Shown: positions 37,098 to 51,100 of the stretch, one piece after another | Position numbering within the stretch: the first letter of the stretch is position 1 | Layout of the letters: each line of letters begins with the position of its first letter | NCBI GenBank assembly: GCA_043228905.1 | Contig: JBHGNT010000002.1 | Span: 19,220,001 to 19,284,000, forward strand | DNA from: Azolla caroliniana | Lineage: Eukaryota > Plantae > Polypodiophyta | Reading direction: 5' to 3' | Length of the DNA: 64,000 nt | Made by a program: the position numbers and the translations under genes | Notes under the pieces: generated by a model | Seen by the model: the letters and a program-made list of their open reading frames with translations, nothing else | Database searches by the model: none | Told to the model about the DNA's origin: nothing

Positions 37098-37285
37098 ATT
37101 GTCTTTATGGAAATTACTACGTGGACAAATTGAAATTGGATAACAATTCTGTGTCAACCACCCACCACAATAGAAAAATATAAAACGATAATTCTACTAT
37201 ACATGTTTCTATTGTGGTGGGTGGTTGACACCACAATCGTTATCCAATTTCAATTTGTCCACGTAGTAATTTCCATAAAGACAAT
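37098..37285. repeat. 188-bp fold-back (79/80-bp arms, 29-nt loop)
   Basis: 37098-37176 is the reverse complement of 37206-37285 apart from one small internal mismatch block. Confidence 0.92.
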
Positions 37286-38454
37286 GTTGATGGTTTGACA
37301 GAAGCACTAAATCAAACCAACTTTCTCATGTCACAACAAATATTAGCATATAACCTATGTATTGGCCTATTGTCAAGACCAATGTTGGGCAAAGTCTCTA
37401 ACCCCTACCGGAAATTTTCCTGCTTCTTATGAACCTAACCGATAATGTCAACCGGAACATGTTGAATTATTTTTTTGCGCATACCAAGTCAAATAATTTT
37501 TTTAGCACAATACCAAATCAAATATATCACAAAAAAATAGCGTTTTCCTTTGCCTTTCCTATTTTTTTTGTGGGTCGTAATGTAGAGTACGTTAGACTAG
37601 CATAATCTAGTGATTCCATTTACAACCTATTTGGGGGCACTAATTTGAGTTCTCTATCCCCCGAGTTGATAGAAGACTCACATAACACCAAAAACATAAA
37701 CTAATTTGGGGGGGGGGGGGGGGGGGAAGGGTGGGTGACACAAGGAAGAAGACGACACAACACAAAAGCCATCACTCTTGTCTCATTGGACAATTACAAT
37801 ATTGTCAAAATCTGTATACATATAATGTAGGATGAATCTTATCGAAGACAACAAAAATGCTATCTTTGCATGCACAAAACATCATTTACAACAATTGCAA
37901 ATATAATACATACTCTTAGATCGCATTTAGAAACTCATCATTTGTGCTTTGATTGTCATTTCAACTCTTACATGAAATTCTGAACAAGGGTAATGACAAA
38001 ATCACCAATTACATAATCCAATGGTTATCAAAGCTTTTTGTGATAGCCCTAACATGAATTTCCAGATTTTTTACTGAGAGGTGCACTTTAAGATGCATAA
38101 ATCTTTGCCCAATACATGTATTTGATCGTTCTAAGAGAGCAAACATGCTTATCCCAACGACTATAGCTCCATGTACAAGAGCAGTGTATGCTATCGATCC
38201 CCAATTTTGTTGGCTTTGTATGTTTATTCCCGTTCTTCCATGTTGGAACTCGGTATCACTCTAGGATTCTCGAGGAATACTTTTCTTGGCCACTCCTTGA
38301 CAGTAGTTTAAATGAAGCATTAGAACCTGAATAGAATTGTGTTCTAATACACTATCCAATGACTTTCTAAATAAAATAAACTTTGATTATTGCCAAAACT
38401 TGAGTTATACCACGAAATATATCTGAATGGGGAGCTATCTTGACTTCCAAGCAA

Positions 38455-40357
38455 TTATATATTTTTCTTAGAACTAACCTATCATGATTAAAACCTCAAA
38501 CCATTAAAATAATCAGCCTCCCTAATTTTAAGATAATTTAGGAAACAAATTGTCAATTTTGGAATCTTCTAGTTTAAAAGCGAAGGATGTTTCTAAACCT
38601 AATGTTGGATATTCCAAGTGATCAAGTATGATTCTTTCAACATAGGACTTTGTTACAGAATATCATTGTTTGGAGATGGCCATGTAAAAATAAGTCAATC
38701 ATATGAATAATATTCATCAACTGTTTAACCTTGAGAAAAACTTAGACCTATGACTGTCATCCTCATCTCCAAAGGTTCCAATGCAATGGTTGAATCCCAA
38801 AACCTCCATACCACTATGCTTGACAGATGAGTATTCCCCTCAGCATTGACAACCTACATCATCAGTAACACACAAGAAGTTCTCTTAGTGAGAATACATC
38901 TCATGCATTCTTAAGAGTGGGGAGAGCTAGAACTGATTCCGGTTAGAACTTCCCAAAAACCGGAATCTAGCCGGTTCATAATTTTTGAACCAACTATTTA
39001 TATAGTTTTGGGAAAATATAAAAAATTGAACTCTTTTGATATTTTCCCCCTCTTTCCCTCCTCTTTTCTCTCTTTTCCCTCTTCTGTAACCTATTGCCTG
39101 TGTCTCGACTCTCGACTCTCAACATTTCCCTCTTCTGCTCATTCCTCTTTACTCATCGATTGCCTCTATGTTAACTCTAAACCCAACGATTGTGTGTGGA
39201 GGCTTCGTACTCTACTCCCTGTTGCGTGTGGCGCTTCAAATTCAGAGTCCAAAGTTCATACTTGATTGTTGAACCGGGCAGAATCAAGAAGTAAGTCATT
39301 GATTGAACCTTAAGTCCTCGTCTATAGCATATCAAATGTAGATTCTATCAACAATATTGTTTAGAACATCATTGAAGAGTGAATCTGTTGGCACAAAACT
39401 GATAATAATATGTTTCCCCTTTTGATCTTCTCAAGTGGACTCCTAAAAGTTATAGGTTTTTCTAAATGCGAATCTTGCCACCTCTCTGAGTAGCAAAAAC
39501 AATAGTAGTAAGTTGTTGCGAGAACTATAGGTCAGCTCAGTAATCATCCCAAGTAATAGTAATACACCTCAAGGAAACCTCATGTTAATTTCTACTTTTT
39601 ATTCCACAAGGTTCGATCCAAAAAGTGTATGCATAATTTGTAGCTTGAATTTGTGGACATATCTACCTTGAAATTTGAATAATAGGGTATGGTCTTAAGT
39701 TAAAAGATGTTTTAATGCAAGCGATTGTGCACAACCTTCCACTAGAGTCCACAATTGTTGAGAAGGTATACTTTTATTGGCATTTTCCTTTAAAATATTT
39801 GTCTCCAATTATGTATGAAGAGTCTTGACAATGCTCTTGTTCTAGGTTATGACTCCAAATCTAGAGTGTACCACAATTGATATGAGCATTGTAAATTCTT
39901 TGCATGTCATGCATGATAAAATTCCTTCATTTAGTTGTCATAGATCGAGGTAAAAAGACCAAATGATTTACGAGTTATGATCACGCTAAAGAAACCAAAT
40001 CATTCTTGTCTTCGTTGTGTGTTTTGGAGTTTCTCTTGTGGATTGTGGCTGAGGGTTGCATTGTGGCTTGTCTGGATGCCCATGCCATTGTTCCTATGGT
40101 ATAAAAGATTTGTCATGTTTTAAACTTCATTTTACATCTACCCACCCTTAAGAATACATGAGATGTATTTTGACTAAGAGAACTTCTTGTGTATTACTGA
40201 TGATTTAGGTTGTCAATGCTGAGGGGAATATTGATCTGTCAAGCATAATGATACAAAGGTTTTAAGATTCAACCATTGCATCGGAACCGTTGGAAGATGA
40301 GGATGACAGTCATAGGTCTGAGTTTTTCTCAAGTTTAAACATGTGATGAATGTCTAT

Positions 40358-40420
<63 letters not shown>

Positions 40421-41400
40421 GTATTTAGCCTCGTCTACTTGTCTGTGGCCTCGTCTACTGATCCGTGATAGTTATCTTGACTGACAAGCAAGTATATATT
40501 TCTTTCAGAACTAACCTAACATGATTAAAACCTCAAACCCTTAAAATAATCAGCCTCCCTAATTTTAAGATAATTTAGGAAACATATTGTCAAGCCAAAG
40601 GGCATGATAAATAACTTAACCAGCAATGAGCATAATACCTTGGCTCCTGAAAATCTTGCATAAGTTATGGCATTCGTAAGATCATCATCAATAGCGAGGA
40701 TTACACGGTCACCTTCATCATCTTCATACTGTATGCCAAGATCAATGTGACATAATAAATCACTTAAAACTAATTAACAACCTACATTTTGAAGCAAAAC
40801 AAATTACCATTATATGTGGTGATTTATTGACATCATTGTAGAAATTATTTTGTCATGCTCTCAATTCTGAAACATTCAACATTCGTGTAACTTCAATTCC
40901 AAGTCAAGGGTTGCATTGTGGTTTGTCTAGATGCCCATGCCATTGTTCCTACGATATAAAAGATTTGTCATGTTTTAAACTTCATTTTACATCTACCCAC
41001 TCTTAAGAACACATGATATGTATTCTCGCTAAGATAACTTCTTGTGTATTATTGATGATGTAGGTTGTCAATGTTGAGGGGAATACTGATCTGTCAAGCA
41101 TAATGATATAGAGGTTTCGGGATTCAACCATTGCATCGGAACCTTTGGAAGATGAGGATGACAGTCATAGGTCTAAGTTTTTCTCAAGTTTAAACAGCTG
41201 ATGCATGTCGGTCTGAGTTTTTCTCAAGTTTAAACAGTTGATGCATGTCATTCATATGATTGACTTATTTTTACATGGCCATCTCCAAACGATGATATTC
41301 TGTAAAAAAGTCCTATATTGAAAGCATCATACTTGATCACTTGAAATATCCAACATTAGGTTTCGAAACATCTTTCGCCTTTAAACTAGAGGATTCCAAA
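38455..41400. repeat. Complex of inverted and direct repeats
   Basis: 38558-38921 inverted vs 40996-41400 and partly vs 40141-40355; direct repeats 38455-38555/40495-40594 and 40052-40355/40907-41210; (CT)n at 40359-40417. Confidence 0.85.
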
Positions 41401-41469
41401 GGCAACGTTCATCGTTTCAATTGTGGTACTTTCAATTTATAGTTTACATGCTAAATACTAAGAGAGATA

Positions 41470-42838
41470 GATAGATGAGGCTAAATACTAAGAGAAATAG
41501 ATAGATTCTATTATCATTTTCGGAGGTCAAATATGACCTACGAGACCAGAAATATTACATTTCATGTGATACGTGTGAAAGTGAGTAGTGACTCTCGATG
41601 TTCAAGAACTTTACCAATGAATTTTGCAATCGAGAGTGCACATTGTGGTTGTGAGAGGAGTTCATGCAAGGATTGGGCTCGGCCAAAGAGATGTGGAATG
41701 CATGTTCGAATATGATCAAAGGCAGAGCATTGTATCAAAGTGTGATACTCAGACTCGCGAACTTATTTAGAGCAAAGTGTGCATAGCCGACCACTCTCAT
41801 CACTTGTGCCCCAACACCCTGTCTCACATCGCAATGCATGTGAGCTAAGTCGCATGGAAGCAATGGTTCGAATGGCAGATAATCGTATGGGCTCTAACAT
41901 GTATCGATGTGTACGATTTCCCCATTCCGCAAAGAATATGATTTTGTAGTTAGGTGCAACATCTGTAGTATAATGTGTGAAACGTTAGCCTCCACATTTG
42001 TCCCATGTCATGATACATTGGCATTGCATAAAGGCCTCATTTATAGAGGAATCTAATGATGCATCATGAAGCAAGTGTCTCGTATCCCATCTACCAAACC
42101 ATTTTTCTATATCTTTCATCCAACCAGAACACAAAATTTTGCTTTTATCCGTCTTTTGGATCTTTTTGCTTGCTCCCACGCAATTCTAGGAAGTCGATGT
42201 GAGGGACTTTTTTGAACCTTAAGCATGTATTCAACCACCCTTTCCATGGCCACGATCTCAATGGGAAGCGATCCTGTCTCCAGGAGGAGGAGGGTGTAGG
42301 GCGTTTGTTTCTTAACTTGTAGAAACTTTGTAAGAAAATGTTTTTGGACATTTTCAAACTCTTTCCACATAGATTTAGGGATGCCACCACCCCATAGAGA
42401 AGAACCGGTGTCACCTAAGTCTCGAAAAGATATTTCTTGAGGACCCAACACTTAATATCTCCAAGATTGCATGTGTTCTCAAATGCATAGTATGCTCGCT
42501 TACTCGCCACTAAGCGGCGTGTAGCACAGTCATTCCATCTATGATTTGAAGGAACTTCAAGGCCAGGATATTTGAAGCTTTCCACACAATCAAGTGGCTC
42601 ATTGTTGTACATAATGCATGGTTTATCTCTTTTTTGGCTCTTCACAACCATAATCTTTGTTTTGGAGCTATTGACACTTAATTTAGTATGCATGCAAAAT
42701 TTTTCCAATGCCTTCATAAGCTTTTGTGCATCTCCTAAATTATTTGCAAAAAACACTACATCATCTGCATATAGCAAAAGCATAATCACAACACTCCCAA
42801 TGGCAACTTCTTCAACACAGTCTTCCTTTGCAAACTTG
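41470..42838 (-). mobile_element. 5'-truncated RTEX-like LINE (family 2)
   Basis: [47 protein letters not shown]...LCTLC...ESEYH..IQC; ATCT-repeat tail. Confidence 0.85.
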
Positions 42839-45174
42839 GTAGAGAGAGAGAGAGAGAGAGAGAGAAAATAGACAAGACGGAGACAAGACGAAAGATCAAG
42901 TGCCTACGATCAGATGGCGGAAAAGAGTACTTTTCCGGTCAATTCAACGGCTATCTACAACGGATGGGAATTCGGCGCGAATTCAGTTTTAGATACACGC
43001 CGGAGCAAAACGGCGTGCCGAGAGGAAGAATCGGTCGATTGTGGAAGCAGTGCGGGCAATGCTAGAAGAAAAGAGCTTGCCCAAGTTCTATTGGGCCGAG
43101 GCAGCACGAACCGCGATATACATCCAGAATCGGATCAGAGACAAAGTGTCGGCGCATGAGCTATATTTCAGAAGGAAGTGGAATTTACGACACTTGAGAG
43201 TCTTCAGTAGCATTGTGTATATGCATGTGCCGAAGGAGAAACGGAGGAAGTTGGACGCGAAAGCCGAGAAGTGTATCTTGGTCGGCTATTCGGACGAGCA
43301 GAAGGGTTATAAGTGTTATAACCCACGCACCAAACAAGCGCGCGTGAGCTGCAACGTTGTGTTTGACGACTCCGCATCCTAGTACTTGCCTCCGACTCCG
43401 GACCTCACCTCCAATCCAAGTTTTGACGATGAGGTTAGCGAGGCCGAGATGCCTCCAGATGAGCCTGAAATTGGGACCCACGGAGAGAGTCTGATTTCAT
43501 TTCGGTTCAGCGGACCAAATGGACGACTGAGTCGGTTCGACCAGTCTAATGAGGAGCCGGCGAGTAGTGGAGACTCGACCGTGCATTCCCCACGCATGAA
43601 GCCAAGGAGACGGCTTACGCGCAAGGAAAAAGGGAAGAAAAAGGTGTCGGATTATAGCACGGATAGGAATGAGTCAGATCGACGCGAGTCCGACACCAAG
43701 GGAAGCAATGACGGGTCTTCGAGAGCGAAGTTCGCGTCGGCTAAGAAAGCCTCAACATCGGCTAATAAGCAATTACGCAGATCAACCCGCCAGAAGAACC
43801 CTGTTGTGCGGTTCGGTTACAATGAGTACATGGCGCATCACTATGTGTTCATGACGCGTGTAGCGGAAGTGCGTGAGCCAAAGAGCTACGCAAAAGCGGC
43901 AAAGGACGCGAATTGGCGTGCCGCAATGGAGGAAGAGATGCGCGCATTGGCGGAAAATGAAACCTGTGACCTGGTTGACGCACTGAAAGGTGTGAAGCCG
44001 ATTGGATGTAGGTGGGTGTACAAGGTCAAGTACAACACCAACGGCTCAGTCAACCAATACAAGGCCCAGTTAGTAGCGAAAGGCTACGCGCCAAAACACG
44101 ACATCGACTATGATGAGACATTTGCACCGGTCGCAAAGATGACGACCGTCCGTGTTGTGTTCGCGGTAGCTGCGGCAAAGGGGTGGCACCTACATAAGAT
44201 GGATGTAAAGAATGCGTTCCTGCAAGGTGAGCTTGAGGAATAGGTGTACATGGTACAACCCCCCGGATTTCACTCCGGAACGAACACTTCGGCGGTGTGC
44301 CGATTGAAGAAGTCCCTTTACAGATTAAAGCAAGCCCCGTGTGCCAGGAACATGAAGATCACACAATGATTGCGTCCGATGGGCTTTGCGACGTCAAAAT
44401 CAAACTCCTCACTGTTCATCCGGAAAGGTCGACTCGGGCTGGTCAGTATTTTACTCTATGTTGATGACATGGTCATCACCGGCGTCGACCTAGGTGAAAT
44501 CAACCGCGTGAAGCTCCAGCTTGCGACATCGTTCGACATGAAGGATCTGGGGGACCTTCATTACTTCCTCGAGATCGAAGTGATCCGTACCCCCGAAGGC
44601 ATACTGATCAGCCAACGGCATTACGTGCTGAGTATGATCTTCAAATTCGGGATGGCCGACTGTAAGTCCGTCTCGACTCCTCTGGATAGAACCGTCAAGC
44701 TTCGCCCCGATTCTGGCAAGGTTTGCGATCCAACGAGGTTCCGACAGAAAGTCGGAAGCCTTATATACTTGACCATGACTCGACCAGATCTCAGCTACCC
44801 GATCGGGGTGATTAATCAATTTATGGCGCAACGCGTACTACGGTACGTAAGCGACACTAAGGACCGGGGGCTACTATATCGGACCGATTTTACCACGTAG
44901 TTGGTCGGTTACACCAGTGCTCATTGGGCCGGAAACGCTGGCGATTGCCGATCCACGTCCGGTTTCGCGTTCTCTCTTGGGAGTGCCGCGATCACGTGGA
45001 GTACTATCGAGCACCGAAGCCGAGTATAGAGGAGCGGCTGTCGTGACATGCGAAGCCATATGGTTGAAGTGGCTACTTAAGGATCTGCAGGTAAAGGTAT
45101 CTGATCCAACTGCAATCTACTACGACAACCTCAGCAACATCCAACTCGCAAAGAACCCCGTTTTCCACGCCCGG

Positions 45175-48100
45175 TGTCACGTTGTTACGCGCGTGCATGG
45201 AGAACGAGGTAGGACCACGGGGGCCTTGGACCGAGAAATAACCGAATGAGAAGTGGAGAAGGAAACTACCAATGTACTCCACACGCGCACAGACACACAG
45301 ATTTACAGGAGTTGCAACTAATTCCGAACAATGGAGACAGAATGAATATACGTGTATATATTAATCAAGGAGTTACAACCGGCAAGCCGGCGAGTGATAG
45401 GCTCCGACGCCAGCACACACACACACAGAACGCGAGATGGAGACTCTACCGGAAGCACTCGGGCGTTCCGCGGAGCAGAGTCAGTCTCCCGAAAACCTGC
45501 ACAGAACGACTATGGAGAAGAGCTCGGTTCCAGTCCGGCAACACTTCGTCCTCTACAAAATGTGATCCCCTTTTTACAATAACTCTCCCTCTCTTTTATA
45601 ACCCAAGGAGGGAGGCCGTTACTACCTGTTACATCATGTTTATTCCCTGTCCTTTCGGATATGGATACGCCTCGATTTTCTCCCTGAATGCGTGCTACCT
45701 AGGATTTCACCATAGCCGACTTGTACCTATCTGCGTACTACACAACAAAACATGTGCCCACTTGTAAGGGCCGGTTTATGCACGTTATACCCGGTTTCCG
45801 CCTAGGGACGGTTTTCTCCATGACATTCGCCCCCACCTAACCGCACATCCACTGGTATGCGCCAAAATTAGACTCTTTGCCGGAGAAGGCCAGCCCACAC
45901 TTATCCTTCGTCCACCGGATCATCATCCATTCCGAGCCGGTCGTTGTCGCCATCGAGGTCGTCCGGGTCCAGTTCAACCTCCTACCGCTTTTTGAATGCT
46001 TTGATCCTTTTCCCCGCCACCGGTACCGCCATCCTTGTCTCGTCGAGCTCCACGAGATGGTAGGTCACATTGTCGTTGGCACTTGTCACCACATAAGGCC
46101 CGAACCACCTTCTTGCAAACTTCCGCATTGTCTGGTGCTGGTTGTCGAGGTTGCTGTCATAACTAGAACCCAGTCGCCTTCCTCGATCTTCTTCAGTCTC
46201 AGCCGGTGAGTCCGGTCGAACCGGCCTTTGTTCTTTTCTCGTGTCGTACGCAGCCTTTCCTTCGCCCGCTGGTTGTCGGATCCTTGCTGCCAACAACTCT
46301 TCCCGACTCATCTCGTCCTTCCAGTCCATCACGGCCCACGAAGTGATCGTTTTCTCCGCCAGCATGATTGGCTTCTGCCCGTACATCAGCTCCGCTGGCA
46401 TGAACCTCGTCACCAAACTGTGCGTAGTTCGATCCGCCCATAGCGCGTAAGTAAGGAGTCGCGGCCAATTCCCGACTTGGCCTCCACACGCCCGTACTAA
46501 AGCTTTGACGATCGGCCCATGTCCGCGTTCCACCTTCCCGTTAGCCTCCAGATTGTACGTTGTGGTGAGCGAGAGTTTAATCCCTAGCCGGTCAAACAAC
46601 TCTTCCGCCTCTTGCGCGTCCAATTCTCCGCGGTCGGCCACGATCTTACCTACGCACCCGTACCGGTATACCACTTCTTCAATCAGAAATCGGCACACGA
46701 CCACGGTCGTTTTGTTCTGCAACGCTCGGCCTTCCACCTGGTTCGTCAGGTCCTCCCGAGCCAACACCAAATACCGCATCTGTCGTACCCCCATCGGCAT
46801 CGTCACCAGATCCACCATCCACTTGAAGTGGACGGTCGGAGGGTAGGTCGGGTGAAACTCGTCCTAATGTCGGACTATAGAGTGCATCTGGCAATTCTTA
46901 GAGGTTGTCACAAAATGATGCACGTCCCGGTACAGCCCCGGCCACCAATACTTACCCTTGAGCTTCTCGAATGTGGCCCACGTCCCGCGGTGTCCGGTCC
47001 AGGGACTCTCGTGATATGCCGTAAGCAACGCTTTCTGCTCATCTTCCCTCGCCACTACACCGAGTGGGGTGCCGCTACGCTTCTTCGAATGCCTCCATAT
47101 GCGTCCTCCTTGTAGGAAGAATCGGTACGCCTTCTTTCGCACCCGATTGGCCTCATCTCTAGTCCACGCCATGTCCGACGTCATCGTCCGCAGGAACCTT
47201 CCTATTTGGAGTCACTCCCTGTCTTATTTGCCCTCGTTAAGCGCCGGAGTGCTCCCAATCCTAGTTGCCACGTTAGCTGACCCGAAGAAGTCCTCACCGA
47301 CTTCTTCATTATCCGAAACCATGCCGTCCTCGTCACTGAACCACGCCCTCGAAAGAAAATCGGCCATGGCATTATCCTTTCCGAAGATGTGCCGTATCTC
47401 CGGGTTCAGGGACTTGATCTACGCGATCCACCTAAGCATCGCCAGGTCTAGAGTTGCGCATCCGGAAACCATGCCCAGAATCGGTAGGCAGTCCGTCTCG
47501 ATGATCACTTATGTCCCGATCAGATAGTCCTTGTCGGCCTTGACTGCCGAAATGATACCCCATAGCTCGCGCTTAATTTGGGCGTATCCTCATTGCCTCT
47601 CGCTCAATACCTTTGCCCCGAACCGGATCGGGAACCGTACGTTCTCCTCATCTTCCTGATTGATCACCCACCCGATCCCGGTCGGGCTCGTGTCCACCAT
47701 CACGTAAATGGGGACTTCCTTGCCGTAAACCGCTTTCCGGAGAGCCGGTGCCACGGCCAACGCCTCCTTCAGTATCCTGACCGACTCTGTGTGCTCCGTC
47801 CTCCATTCGAACCAGCGCCCTTTCTTTAATAACCCATAAAGAGGTTCCGCGACATGCGCGTAGTGCGGAATCCAGATGTGATAGAATGCACATGCCCCCA
47901 GGATCCTTCGGTCCTCCGTAACCGACCCACAATCATCCTTCATCGCGGAGATGGCTTCTACCTTCGCCGAGGACAGCTTCCGGCCGTAAGGCCCGCACAG
48001 GTGTCCGACTACCAGGATCTTCGTCTGTCCGAAGGCTGATTTTTCTTCGGAGAAGGTGAGTCGCGCACTCTCGAGTCTTTGTAACACCTTCTCGCAGTCG

Positions 48101-51100
48101 CGGATATGATCTGTCACGAACCTCCGGCAACCGTCGGGCCCGACCGACTCGTCCTTGTCCTCCACCGGACATCCTTTAATCGGGATGTTGTCTAGAAACG
48201 GCATGGTGATGTCCGGGATGCAGTCCCTCAATACCTTGTTTATCGCATTCACCATATGCACGACCGAGTTCGTTCCTCCCTACGGTAGGGTACACATCCG
48301 AACTAGGCCGAGAGGAGTTCGCATCGTCGTGACATCCTTGCTCTCTACGGCTAGTTGGAACTGATCGTACCCTGAGTGCAGATCCCCGACCGAGTAGATC
48401 GACCTCCCTGCGAAGGTCTCCGCGAACTCATCGATGGTCGGTCCGATACCTGCATTTCGAATGGTCACCTTGTTGACCGGCTGTAGGTCCTATATGAAGT
48501 GCAGTGCACCGTTCTTCTTCGGCACGGTAAACCACCAATTCGAATATGGGGTACTCGACGGTTTGAGGATGCCCATCTCCACCTTCTGTTTCAGCAGCTC
48601 CATCAGCTTCGGGATGTGAGCTCTGGGTACCGGAATCGGTTTGAGATTCACGGTACATGCGGTACCGTGAAGATCACCATCGGTTCCACAACCGTCGGGT
48701 CTACGCACCCAATCTCCTCTGGTGAGAATGCAAAAGGCTTCCCGTGCCTCCCGAGCATTCTCCGAAACTGGTCCTCTTCCACCGGCAGTAGAAAGCCACC
48801 CCCACCGATCTTGAGCTCCCGTAGGGTTATGTCGGTGAATGTGGCTCCAATGCTGGCCGGATCTCGTAAACTTGGGTCCGATGCGACCCCCTTTATCCGT
48901 AACTCGCTGCCCTCCGGCAAGGGTGCCGCGACTGGCCTCACCTTCCGGTCCACAGTCTTGTACTTCGTATCCACTCAGGCCGTCCGATCCGACTTGAGTC
49001 CACTACCGAAGTTGGCGATGACTTCGTACATCTTTTCCGAACATACCGGAATCATCCGGTCCTCATTAAAGCCTTCATCGAACACCTCTCGTAACTTCCC
49101 CAAGGTGTCGTCGAAAGAGACCGCCTCCACGGCCCCGTTGATTTCCTCTTCAGGGCCGAGGACTCCGCATGCCCGAAGTCGCTCCTCCGCCCGCTTCTTT
49201 TCCCGGCCAACTACGCTGGCTATCGTACAACCTCTGCTATCGGAGAACCAAAATTTCCTACCTATGGTACAAGTCTTTTCACCTATAGTACATCTATGGG
49301 GTTTTTCCGGGGTGTCCGGGCTATCGCGGCCCCACGCCTTGATAGCCCTCTCTAAAAATCCGCTCGTTTTTCGCCACTGAGGGTCTCGCAGTTACGCTCA
49401 TGGTTCGGTCGCACCGTCAGGAACTAGACTGAGTGACGCTCGTCCTTGCTCTTGACCCGTGCATATGCCGAACCATTGTCCAGCACCTTTGTCTCCATCT
49501 GTGCCACTGTGATGTATGATTCCCCGAGTATAACCGGATGCGAGGACGTCTCCTGCACGAAGAAGTGTTGATCGATCCCGACATCGCCAAAATTTCACTC
49601 GTAGATTCGGGCAGGCTCCATGCAGCTCTTCAGTGGCGCACGTTGCTGCCCGTATTTTCCACCCGTGCTTGGTGTTGATCGGCCACTTCCCCTTCTTGTA
49701 GAAGGCCATGGACATCAAGTTGATTTCTAAACCGTGGTCCACCAACGCCACCACCGGCTCCTGAACATTTCTGATCCTAACGGGGGTCTGCGTGGTTGCT
49801 CCGGCCCAATGCGGCCTTGAATAGTGGCTCTCCGCCAACTCTTCTTCTAGAGCCATGTCTTCTAGGTGCGTCGTTCGTACCCCTGCCGGCTTCTCCGGCT
49901 TCGGCTCTATCAAAAGCCTTTTCTGCTTCACCAAGTCAATGATGGAGTCGTGGAACTCCTTGTTGGCGATTCCGAGCACTTCCCTCAGTGACAGCTCCAC
50001 TTTGTTGTCGAGGATACATTCCTCGAGGACCTTTCGTAGGTCCGTAGTCCTCTCGATCTCCATGCTCAATCGGTACCCAGCCCTCTTGGCTTTATCCGGT
50101 GCGTCGGTCGCACTGGCATCATTCTAGTTTTGCGTGAACCGGGTCTATACCGTTGTGAGGGTCCAGCCCCTCCGGTCTTACCCGCACGCTTGTCCTCCAC
50201 CAGAGCCTTGTAGTTTTGGCAAGCGGCTTCAACAAAGCCCGTCTTCTCTTCGACCCGGGTCCCTCCACCCGGTTGCCTCCCAGACCCGTCTTTCCGCATG
50301 GTCCGCTTCCTCTTTCCTCAGTCGTACGCCGACGACGCCTTCTAGCATCAATGGGCAGAATCCGGCTTCCTTCGTCTTCCGGACTTCATCACTTTTGACC
50401 CGGATTCCAGCCGACGTCGAGTAGTGGACGGTCTCCGCGTGGCAAGCCGCCGCTTCTTCCATCAGTCATTTCATACCCCCTCGTCCGACATTCACATCCA
50501 AGGCCCTTCGGGTCTCGCTAGCGTGCACCCGACCGTTCCATAGGTACACCACATTAGCTCTTACCGCTTCGGCGAAGTCCCTGCAGTCCTTACGGGCGTG
50601 GCCGACCGCGTCACACCACAAGCACCGGTTCCCAGCCGGAGGCCTCCGGTCACTAACTTGTTCACCGCCGTCCCTCCGTGCTTGTGCAATCTGGAGGTCC
50701 CTCACCATCTGAGTTAGCTCCTCCAGAGCCGCTCCTCCGGACGATCCTTTGACCATGCTGGTCGAAGTTGAGCTGGTCTCAAGCCAGTCTCGGGTCTCTT
50801 CCCTTCGCGCCGGTGGGGGTACCTCTACCTACTCACGCCGTTTGTCAAAACAGCCATAGACTCTCTTTACCACGGCCCAGTCGATTGTTAGGCCATCATC
50901 GGTCTCCAGCAGGAAGCCCACTTGCTCCCGGTCCCTTACGTCCACCGATTTAACGAACAATAGGACATGACTTGTGTCCAGTATGGTCTGGTCCAGCGCC
51001 GAAAGACGTGTGAAGCGTTCTTCAAACTCCCGAAGGAGCACCGACGCGTTTCTCCCCTTTTGGGGGGTCTCCACCCATTCCATGAAGTCCCACTTCAATA

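Noticed and set aside
37707-37735. Poly-G run as a G-quadruplex (also ~34039-34052)
   Set aside because: Simple homopolymer with unreliable length and no supporting context.
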